NCBI GenBank assembly: GCA_020354945.1
Contig: CP070655.1
Span: 697,119-752,509 of the forward strand
Direction: 5' to 3'
DNA length: 55,391 bases
Source: Candidatus Omnitrophota bacterium
Lineage (GTDB): Bacteria; Omnitrophota; Gorgyraeia; JABMRG01; JAFGKX01
Shown here: positions 31,543 through 40,889 of the stretch, in pieces
Layout: every line of letters begins with the position of its first letter
Position numbering within the stretch: the stretch's first letter is position 1
Position numbers and translations under genes: made by a program
Notes under the pieces: model-generated
Seen by the model: the letters and a program-made list of their open reading frames with translations, nothing else
Databases searched by the model: none
Told to the model about the DNA's origin: nothing

Positions 31543-32373
31543 TCAATCAATAATTACCACTTTAGCGCCGCGGGGTACTATTGCATAAAGTTCTTCTGCG
31601 TCAGCGTTGTACATTCTTATACAGCCCTCGGTGCTTTGATAACCGATAGTATCTGGGTTGTCTGTGCCATGAATCCCGTATCCGGCTTTGTCAATGCCTA
31701 ACCATCGTGTGCCTAATACATTCTCCGGGCTGTCAGGGGGTATGACTCCTTTAGCGCTATACCACGGAGGGTTTATAAGCTTATTTACTATCTTGAATGT
31801 TCCGACAGGAGTAGAATTACCTTTACCCGTAGAAACTGTGTATACCTTAATTATCTCTTCGCCGGAAAATAAAGTAAGGGTATTCTGGGATTTGTCTACT
31901 ACTATAGAAAAGCTCTCCTTTTGAACCTTCAATTCCATGCCCGGCTTAATTAAATTTCCGCTTAAGTTATTGGCCTTTTTGATAAGCTCTATTGTGGTAT
32001 TAAATTTTTTGGCTATCTTCTCCAGAGAATCTCCCGGCGCTACTTCATATAATTTACTATCGGAAGTAACCGTCGGAGAAAATAGTATTTTTATATTTAA
32101 TGATAAAATCTTATGTTGTATTTTTTGAAGGTTTTCTGCGGTTGGGTAATCGGAGAAGAGTTTCTGATAGGTCTGCTTCGCTGCAATAAGTTTTCCCTGT
32201 TTCTCTAAAATTTTAGCTTTTTTAAACAGTGCTGCCGTCTCCGATTGAAAAACTCCGCTAGATGCAGAAGATTTTGCTTTGTTGCCTGCGTACCTAAACA
32301 AAGAGAAAGACACTGCAATAAAAACAACAATAACAGCGGCATAAACGGCTATTTTGATAAAAGATTTTTTCAT
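31543..32373 (-). CDS. LysM-domain L,D-transpeptidase (YkuD family)
   Basis: 276 aa. TM/signal anchor, LysM (YEVAPGDSLEKIAKKFNTTIELIKKANNL) and the YkuD catalytic motif GIHGTDNPDTIGYQSTEGCIRM. Confidence 0.9.
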   Translation of the reverse strand: MKKSFIKIAVYAAVIVVFIAVSFSLFRYAGNKAKSSASSGVFQSETAALFKKAKILEKQGKLIAAKQTYQKLFSDYPTAENLQKIQHKILSLNIKILFSPTVTSDSKLYEVAPGDSLEKIAKKFNTTIELIKKANNLSGNLIKPGMELKVQKESFSIVVDKSQNTLTLFSGEEIIKVYTVSTGKGNSTPVGTFKIVNKLINPPWYSAKGVIPPDSPENVLGTRWLGIDKAGYGIHGTDNPDTIGYQSTEGCIRMYNADAEELYAIVPRGAKVVIID

Positions 32374-32379
32374 CCTGTT

Positions 32380-32447
32380 AAATAGGGACAGCTACCATTT
32401 AATGGGTGAAAAAAGGCAGCTTCCGTTAAATGGTAGCCGTCCTTATT
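32380..32447. repeat. Long hairpin (23-nt arms) between the PAP2-like and YkuD genes
   Basis: The arms are aaatagggacagctaccatttaa and ttaaatggtagccgtccttattt. The arm sequence is related to the hairpin at 49055-49091 (GG(G/A)ACAGC(T/A)ACC(A/G)TTTA). Confidence 0.7.
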
Positions 32448-32461
32448 TAATTGCTATTTAA

Positions 32462-32914
32462 TTATAATATATTATACAAAATATATGCGCATATAATTCC
32501 CAATGCTACGCCGGCAAAAACCTGTATAGGAGTATGGCCGATGAGTTCTATAAGGCGGTCTTCTCTAATGGGTTTTTTAAAATAGAAATCTTCAAACATC
32601 TTATTTAATATCTCCGCTTGTCTACCGGTAGAGCGGCGTACTCCCCTGGCATCAAATATTGTAATTATTGTAAGTATAAGCGAAACGGCGAATATGCTTG
32701 TATCATAGCCGAAACGCATTCCCACGGAAGTTGCCAGTGCAGTTACGCCGGCGCAATGAGAACTTGGCATGCCACCGGTTCCAACGAACCATTTAAAATT
32801 AAATTTCTTCTCTCTAATTATCCCGATTATTACTTTTATAAATTGCGCAATGGCCCAGGTCAAAATTGTTATTATGAATATTTTGTTTTTGCCTAACGCA
32901 ATAAAGAAATTCAT
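32462..32914 (-). CDS. Divergent PAP2-family membrane protein (DUF212 / acid phosphatase-haloperoxidase related)
   Basis: 150 aa, multi-TM, with the motif GGMPSSHCAGVTALAT ... FDARGVRR. Confidence 0.7.
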   Translation of the reverse strand: MNFFIALGKNKIFIITILTWAIAQFIKVIIGIIREKKFNFKWFVGTGGMPSSHCAGVTALATSVGMRFGYDTSIFAVSLILTIITIFDARGVRRSTGRQAEILNKMFEDFYFKKPIREDRLIELIGHTPIQVFAGVALGIICAYILYNIL

Positions 32915-32932
32915 GCCTCAGCTTTCGTGTAT

Positions 32933-33361
32933 TCACTCCTCGCCTTTAAACATCCTATTTAAACTGTCTAAAGGTGAAGGATTGACACCTTTATAATTCT
33001 CTGCCGTGGAATAGGCAATTATTTTACCCATTGCAATAGGATTTGTTTCCAAAAACTGTATACCGGTATCATAATAAGCTGAAAGGGCGTCGCCTTCACC
33101 GGTTATTTCTATCCTTCTGGTCCAGGCTACTCTCCCCTTTATATTATAGTCTTGCGGTTTTGTCTTTGGGGCAATTATATTTATGTTAAGCCTGGTATCC
33201 GGCAGAAGTTTCTCAAGCAACGAAAGGCAAATTCCGCCACCGCTTACATTCTTACTTACAGCCTTTTTTACATCATGCGGCCTGGTAGAGACTTCGTAAT
33301 TGACCTTTATGGGAAGGCTTAACCTTTCATAAAGGCGGTCTTCTGTAGGCTTTTCATCCAT
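32933..33361 (-). CDS. Stand-alone PilZ-domain (c-di-GMP receptor) protein
   Basis: 142 aa with RLYER (RxxxR) and NVSGGG (D/NxSxxG) motifs at the expected spacing. Confidence 0.75.
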   Translation of the reverse strand: MDEKPTEDRLYERLSLPIKVNYEVSTRPHDVKKAVSKNVSGGGICLSLLEKLLPDTRLNINIIAPKTKPQDYNIKGRVAWTRRIEITGEGDALSAYYDTGIQFLETNPIAMGKIIAYSTAENYKGVNPSPLDSLNRMFKGEE

Positions 33362-33502
33362 ACATTTTCCCCTCCGGGCCTACGGCCCTCTCCGAGTCTA
33401 CCGACTCCTAGAGTCATCAGACGTATGGCCTTTAGGCCTTCGGTTTTCATGAGAAGACATTATATCATATATTATATCACATAAAATTAAACACGTAAAT
33501 AT

Positions 33503-34060
33503 TTATTTTCTTATCAACGAAAGGGTTTCTGCTCTCGTTTTTGCACTTTCTTTAAATACGCCCCTTACCGCACTTGTTACAGCAATGGTGCCGGGCTTTT
33601 TTACCCCCCTCATTGACATACAAAGGTGTTCCGCCTCTATAACTACTAACACGCCTAATGGCCTGAGTTTTTGCATGATAATATCTGCTATTTGGGTAGT
33701 AAGCCTTTCCTGCACCTGCAGCCTTTTAGATAAAATCTCCACCACTCTTACCAACTTGCTTAAGCCGGTGACTCGGCCCTGTTTAGGAATATAGGCAATA
33801 TGAGTCTTGCCTATAAATGCTAAAAGGTGGTGTTCGCAGGTCGAGTAGGTAGGAATATCCTTTACCAATACAATCTCACTATGCTTTTCTCCTAATATTA
33901 TCTCAAGCTCTTTTTTAGGGTCTTTTTTTATTCCGCTGAATATCTCTTCAAACATCCCGGCTACACGCTTAGGTGTCCCTCTTAAATCAGGCCGGTTAGG
34001 GTCATCGCCTATAGCTTTTATTATATCTTTGACTGCTTGTTCTATTTTCTTCTTGTCCAT
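33503..34060 (-). CDS. folE: GTP cyclohydrolase I
   Basis: 185 aa with typical FolE motifs: [10 protein letters not shown], the CEHHLL zinc motif and HLCMSMRGV. Confidence 0.95.
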   Translation of the reverse strand: MDKKKIEQAVKDIIKAIGDDPNRPDLRGTPKRVAGMFEEIFSGIKKDPKKELEIILGEKHSEIVLVKDIPTYSTCEHHLLAFIGKTHIAYIPKQGRVTGLSKLVRVVEILSKRLQVQERLTTQIADIIMQKLRPLGVLVVIEAEHLCMSMRGVKKPGTIAVTSAVRGVFKESAKTRAETLSLIRK

Positions 34061-34160
34061 TTTTTCTCCTGGCTGGGGACGTCCTATTTTGGGACACCCT
34101 GCGTGCGTAAAAATGAGAAAAATTCAATCGGGTGGGGTGTCTCCCTGTGTGGTGTTCCCA

Positions 34161-35603
34161 TTACTTCCCGATACAAAACTGCGAAAATATCCTATCCAGC
34201 AAATCGCCTGTGAAGTTTTCGCCTGCAATAATGCCGAGTTCATTCCGGGCATCTTTTAAATCAACCGCTATTAACTCCATTCCTATATTATCGGCAATGC
34301 CTGATTTAGCGGATTCTAAATGGTGCAGCGCCTTTTCTATTGCAGCTGCATGCCTTACATTTGTAAGTGCACCTTGATGCGAAGAGTCTATGCTGCCCGA
34401 CCATATCATATTATATATTGCATCATATAGCCTATTCAGGCTTTTGTCTTTTTTGGCAGAAATTCTGATAATCTTTTTATTGAGAAGACGCTTCTTTACT
34501 TCATTTATTTGCAGCCTTTCGGGAAGGTCGGTTTTGTTTATTATCACTACTATTTTTTTATCTTTCACGGCATCGATGCTATCTATGTCTTCTTTAGTAA
34601 GTTCGTCGCTGGAATCGAGAACTAATAAAATTAAATCTGCCGACTCCATATATTTTTTGCTTCGCCGGACCCCTTCTTTGGACGGTTCATCTTCCGCATG
34701 CATAATGCCGGCGGTATCTACTATTTTCAAGGGGATACCTCTTACATTGACAATCTCTTCAATGGCGTCTCTGGTCGTGCCCGGAAGGGGTGTCACAATA
34801 ACCCGTTTTTGTTTTAGGAATCTGTTCATAAGCGTGGATTTGCCGACATTGGCCTTACCGCATATAACAGTAGTGATACCTTCACGCAAAACCCTGCCGT
34901 TTTGATATCCATCTAAAAGTTGTTCAAGTTCAACGATAATCTCAGCTAACTTTACTTCGATAGTAGCATATTCAAAGGTCTGTAACTCTTCATCCGGAAA
35001 ATCTAAGCTTGCCTCTGCATTTGCCTGAATTTCCAAAATAGCATCTGTTATCTTCCTAATCAAACCGGATAATTCACCGCCGAGCTGCCTTCTGGCTGCC
35101 CTTAGGCCGGCTTCCGTCCTGGCAGTTATTACATCAAGGACAGCTTCAGCCTGGGAAAGGTCTATTCTGCCGTTTAAGAATGCCCTCTTTGTAAATTCAC
35201 CGGGTTCTGCTAAGCGCCCTCCTTTCGACACTACCAAATCTAATATTTTGCGCAAGCAGGTTATGCCTCCGTGGGCATTTATTTCGATTACATCCTCTTT
35301 GGTGTAGCTTTTAGGCGCCCGCATTATGGTCAGGAGAACTTCGTCAATTACTTCGTGATTCGTGATTCGTGATTCGTGATTCGTTGACGATTCACGATTC
35401 ACGAACGACGAACGACGAACAATGTGTCCGTAATGGACAGTGTAACCCGGCAGTTGCGACGGCCTTTTTCCATTTTTTGGCATAAAAATTTCATCTGCTA
35501 TTCTTAATGCCTTCTTGCCGCTTAACCGCACTATGCCTATTCCAGCCTCACCTACCGGCGTTGAAATTGCACAAATGGTATCTTTTAAGCTTGGATTTTT
35601 CAT
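34161..35603 (-). CDS. mnmE: tRNA modification GTPase MnmE/TrmE
   Basis: The track ORF over-extends to 35738. ATG 35603 (MKNPSLKDTICAISTP..) overlaps the folC stop (ATGA). G domain GKANVGKSTLMN and DTAG; C-terminal FCIGK. Confidence 0.93.
   Translation of the reverse strand: MKNPSLKDTICAISTPVGEAGIGIVRLSGKKALRIADEIFMPKNGKRPSQLPGYTVHYGHIVRRSSFVNRESSTNHESRITNHEVIDEVLLTIMRAPKSYTKEDVIEINAHGGITCLRKILDLVVSKGGRLAEPGEFTKRAFLNGRIDLSQAEAVLDVITARTEAGLRAARRQLGGELSGLIRKITDAILEIQANAEASLDFPDEELQTFEYATIEVKLAEIIVELEQLLDGYQNGRVLREGITTVICGKANVGKSTLMNRFLKQKRVIVTPLPGTTRDAIEEIVNVRGIPLKIVDTAGIMHAEDEPSKEGVRRSKKYMESADLILLVLDSSDELTKEDIDSIDAVKDKKIVVIINKTDLPERLQINEVKKRLLNKKIIRISAKKDKSLNRLYDAIYNMIWSGSIDSSHQGALTNVRHAAAIEKALHHLESAKSGIADNIGMELIAVDLKDARNELGIIAGENFTGDLLDRIFSQFCIGK
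35352..35421. repeat. Ten consecutive heptanucleotide units inside mnmE (ttcgtga x4, ttcgttg, acgattc x2, acgaacg x2, acgaaca)
   Basis: Read directly from the sequence. It encodes the loop insert RRSSFVNRESSTNHESRITNHE. The left and right halves are partly self-complementary. Confidence 0.9.
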
Positions 35604-36928
35604 TTTCGCAATATCCTCATCGCATCGCCTACTAAAAATAACGAGCCGGTAATTAAAATAATACCATCCTTGGAGGTTAACCCCACGGCGGTTGAAAGTG
35701 CGTATTTTGGCGTTTTGGCGACATATGAATTGGCGCAATTTTTAGAGAGCAACTTTGATAGAAGGCCAGGAGAAGCTGCTCTTAGTGAAGAAGATTTTGT
35801 AAAAATTACATTTTCAGCCAGCGGGCACAAAATAGAACCTATCCCTTTTATATCTTTATCGATTGATATGCCCAAAATGAGAGAGCCTATCTTGCTTCTA
35901 CCTATTAAACCGACCAATGTCTGCCTGAGAACTTTTGCTGAATCTCTGTTATGCGCGCCATCGGCTATTATACATGGGGCTTTTCTTAAAATATCAAATC
36001 TACCCGGCCAATCCACTTTTTTAAACCCTCTATCTATACTCGCCCTGTCGATGTGGAAGTAAAAACAGCGTTTTAATATTTCAATAATAGCCAGGCTAAC
36101 TGCCCCATTTTGGGCCTGGTGCTCACCCGCTAAAAAAAGATTCATATTTTTGTAATCTTCATATATGCCCCGGTAATCAAAAGCTGTTTTATAAAAATCG
36201 GCCCGAGAACACCTATACCTTATATCCTTTCCGACCATAAATAATTTATTAGCTCTTTTGCGAGATGCAACTTTTACAATATCGGCAACTTCTTTCTTTT
36301 GTGGCGCGCTAACGGTGAAAGAGTTTTCTTTGATTATCCCTGACTTTTCTTTTGCAATCTTTGAAAGCGATTTGCCGAGCAAATGGGTGTGGTCATAACT
36401 TATATGGGTTATAGCTGAGACTAAAGGATAAACAATATTGGTAGCATCAAGCCTTCCGCCTAATCCTACCTCTATTACTGCAAAATCTACTCTTTTTTTT
36501 GAAAAATATAAAAAACAAACAGCAGTTAATATTTCAAAATATGTAAGATTCTTATATAATGGAATATCTTCGGCTTTTGCATGTTTGATAGACTCTTTTA
36601 TCTTTTCTATTAGTTCTTGAAATTCCCTTTTATTTATAATTCTTTTATTTACCTTTATCCTTTCTCGTAAGTCCAGCATATGGGGGGAGGTATAGAGGCC
36701 TACTTTGTAGCCGGCCTCAACCAGCACAGAGTGCAAAATAGCGCAAACTGAACCTTTTCCTTTTGTGCCGGAGATAAGAATAGACTTAAAATCGGCAAAA
36801 GGCTTGCCTATGATATCGCAGAGCTTAGAGAACCCTTCTAAATTATAGGCCTTGCCATAATCATAGAATGGCATCTTTTCAAAATCCCGAAAAGAATTCA
36901 GGTATTTAATGGCTTGATTGTAGTTCAT
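35600..36928 (-). CDS. folC: Folylpolyglutamate synthase / dihydrofolate synthase
   Basis: 442 aa with the Mur-ligase family P-loop ISGTKGKGS and typical FolC length and order. Confidence 0.9.
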   Translation of the reverse strand: MNYNQAIKYLNSFRDFEKMPFYDYGKAYNLEGFSKLCDIIGKPFADFKSILISGTKGKGSVCAILHSVLVEAGYKVGLYTSPHMLDLRERIKVNKRIINKREFQELIEKIKESIKHAKAEDIPLYKNLTYFEILTAVCFLYFSKKRVDFAVIEVGLGGRLDATNIVYPLVSAITHISYDHTHLLGKSLSKIAKEKSGIIKENSFTVSAPQKKEVADIVKVASRKRANKLFMVGKDIRYRCSRADFYKTAFDYRGIYEDYKNMNLFLAGEHQAQNGAVSLAIIEILKRCFYFHIDRASIDRGFKKVDWPGRFDILRKAPCIIADGAHNRDSAKVLRQTLVGLIGRSKIGSLILGISIDKDIKGIGSILCPLAENVIFTKSSSLRAASPGLLSKLLSKNCANSYVAKTPKYALSTAVGLTSKDGIILITGSLFLVGDAMRILRK

Positions 36929-36950
36929 AGTAAAAAGTCGTGCCTCTAAT

Positions 36951-36977
36951 AAAAAGTCGTGCCAAGCACGACTTTTT
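36951..36977 (-). terminator. Rho-independent terminator after purH (symmetric A-tract/hairpin/T-tract)
   Basis: aaaaa-gtcgtgc-caa-gcacgac-ttttt; a partial copy (aaaaagtcgtgcc) lies just upstream. Confidence 0.7.
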
Positions 36978-36987
36978 AGACGACTTT

Positions 36988-38739
36988 TTAATGCCTAAAA
37001 TGCCGCATACCAGTAAAGACCATGGCGAGCCCACGCCTATCAGTTGTTCTAATTATCTCTTCGTCAGCCTTTGAACCGCCGGGCTGAATTATTGCAGTAA
37101 CGCCGGCCCTTGCAGCAATTTCTATGGCGTCGGTCTTCGGGAAAAATGCATCGGAAGCCAAAACACTGCCTCTTGCAACTTTGCCCGCTTTGTAGGTTGC
37201 TATATGCACTGAATCGACCCTGCTCATTTGACCTGTACCTATTCCAACGGTCCTGGTATCTTTAGCCAACACAATAGCATTGGACCTTAGGTGTTTTACA
37301 ATCTTCCAGGCAAAAAGAAGCGAATCGACTTCTTCGGCTGACGGCTTCTTCTTAGTAACTATTCGCAGCTGGGTTCTATCTAAACTTTTCAAATCTCTAT
37401 CTTGTATAAGCATACCTCCCGTTACTTTCCTCATAGAATATTCTAAAGTTTCTCGCTTTTTGCTAAAAGAAGGTATCTCTAAGATGCGCATATTTTGTTT
37501 GATTTTGAGTCTTTCAAGCGCCGCATCATCATAACCTGGGGCAATTATACATTCCACAAAACCTGAAGAAAGGATGGCTTCAGCTGTATTTATATCTACC
37601 GTTCTGTTTAAACCAACTATACTCCCATAAGCGGAGATTCTATCGCATTCAAGAGCGTCGGTATAAGCTTTGGTAAGGGTCTCCGATACTGCAGCGCCGC
37701 AGGGATTGGTGTGTTTTATTATGCTTGCTGCCGGTTTATCAAACTCTTTCACAACTTCTAATGCTGCATCCATATCCATAATATTGCAAAAAGAAAGCTG
37801 TCTTCCGTGCAGCTGCCTTGCGCATGGAACAGAAGATTCTTTTGAGTTTTCGTCTTTATAAAAAGAGGCCCTTTGATGTGGATTTTCGCCATATCGCAAA
37901 TCTTCTATCTTCTTAAGGCTGATATTAAAAATTGAAGGAATTGTAATGGCGCCTTCCGGGGTTATTTCAGGCTGTGCCCCCTCCGGGAACTTCGCCTGTT
38001 CAGGGTGTGCCTGTTCAGGTTTTGCTTGTTCAGGTTTTGCCTTCTCAGGCAGAGGTATTTCTTGAGGCGTTTCTTCTTTATGAATTTCTTGCACAGGTTT
38101 TATCTCCTCAGCTTTTTCAGCTTCCTTTTCTTCTTGCGAAGGATGTAAAATCTTACTGCCAAGATAAGCATTGATTGATTTATCATATTCGGATGTAAGT
38201 TTAAAGGCCTCCACAGCTAATACTGAAAGGGTTTGATCAGATATAAGAGCTCTATGCGTCTTCATCTCTTCAAGCACAGGGCCATATCTGGAAGGATTAC
38301 TTATAACTGCCACCGAACGATAATTTTTAGCAGCGGAACGCAATAAAGATGGGCCGCCTATGTCTATGTTTTCTAAAACCTCCTCTATCTTTACGCCAAG
38401 TTTAGTTACCGCCTCCTGAAACGGATATAAATTCACAACAACCATATCTATCATTTCTATGCCGTGGGTTCGGGCTTCTGCCATATGGGCGTGGCTTTCT
38501 CGCAAAGAAAGCAGCGCACCGTGAACTTTAGGATGCAGGGTCTTTACCCTGCCGTTTAATATCTCCGGAAAACCGGTCAAATCCGATATGCTCCTTGCTT
38601 CTATGCCCTGTGATGTTATAAATTCAGCAGTGCCGCCGGTCGATATAATCTCAACCCCAAGCTCCTTTAATCCCTTAACGAATTCGGTGAGCCCTGTTTT
38701 ATCATACACACTTATCAGCGCTCGTTTGATTTTAACCAT
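36988..38739 (-). CDS. purH: Bifunctional AICAR transformylase / IMP cyclohydrolase with a ~70-aa acidic Pro/Glu/Lys linker insert
   Basis: ATG 38739 (MVKIKRALISVYDKTGL) is preceded by AAGGAG. The track start at 38775 lacks an RBS. The C-terminus is ..GMRHFRH. Confidence 0.93.
   Translation of the reverse strand: MVKIKRALISVYDKTGLTEFVKGLKELGVEIISTGGTAEFITSQGIEARSISDLTGFPEILNGRVKTLHPKVHGALLSLRESHAHMAEARTHGIEMIDMVVVNLYPFQEAVTKLGVKIEEVLENIDIGGPSLLRSAAKNYRSVAVISNPSRYGPVLEEMKTHRALISDQTLSVLAVEAFKLTSEYDKSINAYLGSKILHPSQEEKEAEKAEEIKPVQEIHKEETPQEIPLPEKAKPEQAKPEQAHPEQAKFPEGAQPEITPEGAITIPSIFNISLKKIEDLRYGENPHQRASFYKDENSKESSVPCARQLHGRQLSFCNIMDMDAALEVVKEFDKPAASIIKHTNPCGAAVSETLTKAYTDALECDRISAYGSIVGLNRTVDINTAEAILSSGFVECIIAPGYDDAALERLKIKQNMRILEIPSFSKKRETLEYSMRKVTGGMLIQDRDLKSLDRTQLRIVTKKKPSAEEVDSLLFAWKIVKHLRSNAIVLAKDTRTVGIGTGQMSRVDSVHIATYKAGKVARGSVLASDAFFPKTDAIEIAARAGVTAIIQPGGSKADEEIIRTTDRRGLAMVFTGMRHFRH
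37994..38053. repeat. 4 x 15-nt tandem repeat inside purH encoding (PEQAK)n
   Basis: Units gcctgttcagggtgt / gcctgttcaggtttt / gcttgttcaggtttt / gccttctcaggcaga; protein PEKAKPEQAKPEQAHPEQAK. Confidence 0.85.
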
Positions 38740-38972
38740 TGTGTCGGCTCCTTTTATTTGGGAAAGTGTCACCATTAATAATATAGGAGCGGCCTCTGGC
38801 CGCGAATAGCTTAATAAGGAATATAAATTTTACCAAAAAAGCACCAAAAAAGCAAATAAAAACAGACGTTTGAAAATCGTTCGGGAATCTATTTTTAGAG
38901 TACAATAAAAATTTTCTAAGGAGGGGGCAGGTGGGCGAACAAAATCCAACCCGGTGGTTCTATACGATGGTT

Positions 38973-40052
38973 CTATACGCTGAATCGGAAGTAGATGATA
39001 TCGCCGTCTTCTACTATGTAGTCTTTGCCTTCTAACTTCAGTTTACCTTCTGATTTTACCTTATTCATATCAAAATCGCAGGCTGTAAGTTCTTTAAAAT
39101 TAACAAGTTCTGCTTTTATAAACCCGCGCTGGATATCCGAGTGTATCTTCCCTGCAGCCACATAAGTGGTTGAACCTCTTTCTATGAGCCAGGCCTTTGA
39201 TTCTTCGCCTTTTACCGTATAAAATGTTATTAAATCGAGCAAGGAGGAATTTGCCTTTATAAATTTTCCCCTGGCTGTCTCGGTTATGCCCAAATCCTGC
39301 ATGAATGAGCTTTTTAGTTCCTCATCATCCAGCCGGGCTATCTCTGCCTCTACTTTTCCACAGAATGCTATATGCGATATGCCTAATCCCTCTGCAGTAT
39401 GGGCAAATCTATCCGGCTCGCCTGTTTTTATGTGCCCTTCGTCTATATTAGCTAAAGCAAGCATAGGCTTTTTACTCAAAAGTTGAAATCCCCTTAACAT
39501 GGCATTCTGTTCTGAATCAAATTTAAGCTCTCTTAACGGTTTTTCTTTTGAAAGATGCTCCTGGCATTTTTTCAGCATATCCAATTCTTTTTGATTTTCC
39601 TTTTTGCCTCTTTGAAGTTCCTTTTGTATTCTTTCGATTCTTGTTTCAACTACATTTAAATCCAGCAATATAAGTTCCGTATTAATTACTCTAAGATCCC
39701 GCACCCCGTCAATATCTCCGTAAGGGTGGGGGACTTTATCATTTTTAAAAAATCTTATCACGCAGACAAGGGCGTCAGTATCTTTTATCGGGGTGAGGTC
39801 TATCTCTTCTGCCTTTGCATCCTTTGATATACCTACCATATCTACAAAATCTATTGTGGCAGGAGTAATCTTTTTCGGCTTAAAAATATCTGCCAGCTTT
39901 TGCAATTTTTCATCGGGTATCTTTACAGCGCCTAAATTTGGCTTTGTCTTACCGCCGGAAGAAAATTCCTTAACCTCAGCGTTTAAGCCCGTTAACGCAT
40001 TAAAAACGGTAGATTTACCGCTTAACGGAAGCCCTATAATGCCTATTTTCAT
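38973..40052 (-). CDS. ychF: Ribosome-binding ATPase YchF
   Basis: MKIGIIGLPLSGKSTVFNALTG at ATG 40052 is the typical YchF start (the track start 40079 adds 9 aa). A C-terminal TGS-like region is present. Confidence 0.92.
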   Translation of the reverse strand: MKIGIIGLPLSGKSTVFNALTGLNAEVKEFSSGGKTKPNLGAVKIPDEKLQKLADIFKPKKITPATIDFVDMVGISKDAKAEEIDLTPIKDTDALVCVIRFFKNDKVPHPYGDIDGVRDLRVINTELILLDLNVVETRIERIQKELQRGKKENQKELDMLKKCQEHLSKEKPLRELKFDSEQNAMLRGFQLLSKKPMLALANIDEGHIKTGEPDRFAHTAEGLGISHIAFCGKVEAEIARLDDEELKSSFMQDLGITETARGKFIKANSSLLDLITFYTVKGEESKAWLIERGSTTYVAAGKIHSDIQRGFIKAELVNFKELTACDFDMNKVKSEGKLKLEGKDYIVEDGDIIYFRFSV

Positions 40053-40060
40053 TTCGATAA

Positions 40061-40125
40061 AAAAGGGGACAGTCCCCATTTTTGCTTAAAACACACTATT
40101 GGCAAAAATGAGACAGTCCCCTTTT
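40061..40125 (-). terminator. Long hairpin with flanking A/T tracts after the TM-helix gene
   Basis: The arms aaaaggggacagtccccatttttgc and gcaaaaatgagacagtcccctttt pair, followed by a T-run. It contains the 13-nt palindrome GGGGACAGTCCCC. Confidence 0.6.
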
Positions 40126-40139
40126 TTTTAGCTCTCGCT

Positions 40140-40814
40140 TTATTTTTCCTTCAGCTTATTAATCAGGTCGGAGACATACTTTCCGGCTATGTCCTTACAA
40201 CCAACGCCAAAGGCTATTGCCACGCCTAATCCTATGGCTGCCAGGATGATCTGCACTGCGCTGGCTATGATTATCTTACCAATGTTTAATTGCTCGAGCG
40301 CAATGACCACCGCAAAAATAACCACTACCACCTGAGTTATCTGTCCTAATAATCTTGCTTGCTTTATTCCGGCATTACTAGCGGCAGTGCGAACTACTCC
40401 GGCCAGGACCGCAGAGACGAACATACCTATCACTAATACAAAAACAGCGACGATGATATTGGGTATGAATGCGACAACCTTGTTTAACAATTCAGCAGCC
40501 ACTGTCCATTGCAGGGCATTTAAAGCGGTCATAATCACAATAAGCATTGCAGTCCAATATGCAAGGACTCCTAACAATTCAGAGAGTGTATATTTTATAC
40601 CGCCCTTTGCCAGAAAATTACTCGTTCCTGAGCGCTCCGATAAGGTATCCAGCCTAATAAGTTTCAAAACCCTTACTATTACTAACTCGATCAACTTGGC
40701 TATAAGCCAGCCGATTATGAGAATCAGTAATACGCCTATTAGGCGTGGGATAAAAACCCCTACTCGGGTAAGCATTTCTCGAACTGAATCCATTACAACT
40801 ATGTTCCAGTTCAT
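40140..40814 (-). CDS. Membrane protein with repeated conserved-TM-helix motifs (mechanosensitive-channel-associated type)
   Basis: ATG 40814 is preceded by AAGGAGGTG. About 224 aa with four or more TM helices and internally repeated ...LIGVLLILIIGWLIAKLI... type segments. Confidence 0.6.
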   Translation of the reverse strand: MNWNIVVMDSVREMLTRVGVFIPRLIGVLLILIIGWLIAKLIELVIVRVLKLIRLDTLSERSGTSNFLAKGGIKYTLSELLGVLAYWTAMLIVIMTALNALQWTVAAELLNKVVAFIPNIIVAVFVLVIGMFVSAVLAGVVRTAASNAGIKQARLLGQITQVVVVIFAVVIALEQLNIGKIIIASAVQIILAAIGLGVAIAFGVGCKDIAGKYVSDLINKLKEK

Positions 40815-40889
40815 GAACCCACCTCCTTTTATTGCCCATAAGGGCAAGTTTTTGCTAAAGATAACAAAAAATCTCTTATGAAAAGCTTA

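Noticed and set aside
35604-35738. 45-codon N-terminal extension of mnmE in the track
   Set aside because: The extension overlaps the folC 3' end. The conserved MnmE N-terminus begins at ATG 35603, which overlaps the folC stop (ATGA).
40387-40881. 164-aa plus-strand ORF
   Set aside because: It is antisense to the TM-helix membrane protein gene, which has a strong AAGGAGGTG RBS. The product is Thr/Ser/Ile-rich mirror sequence.
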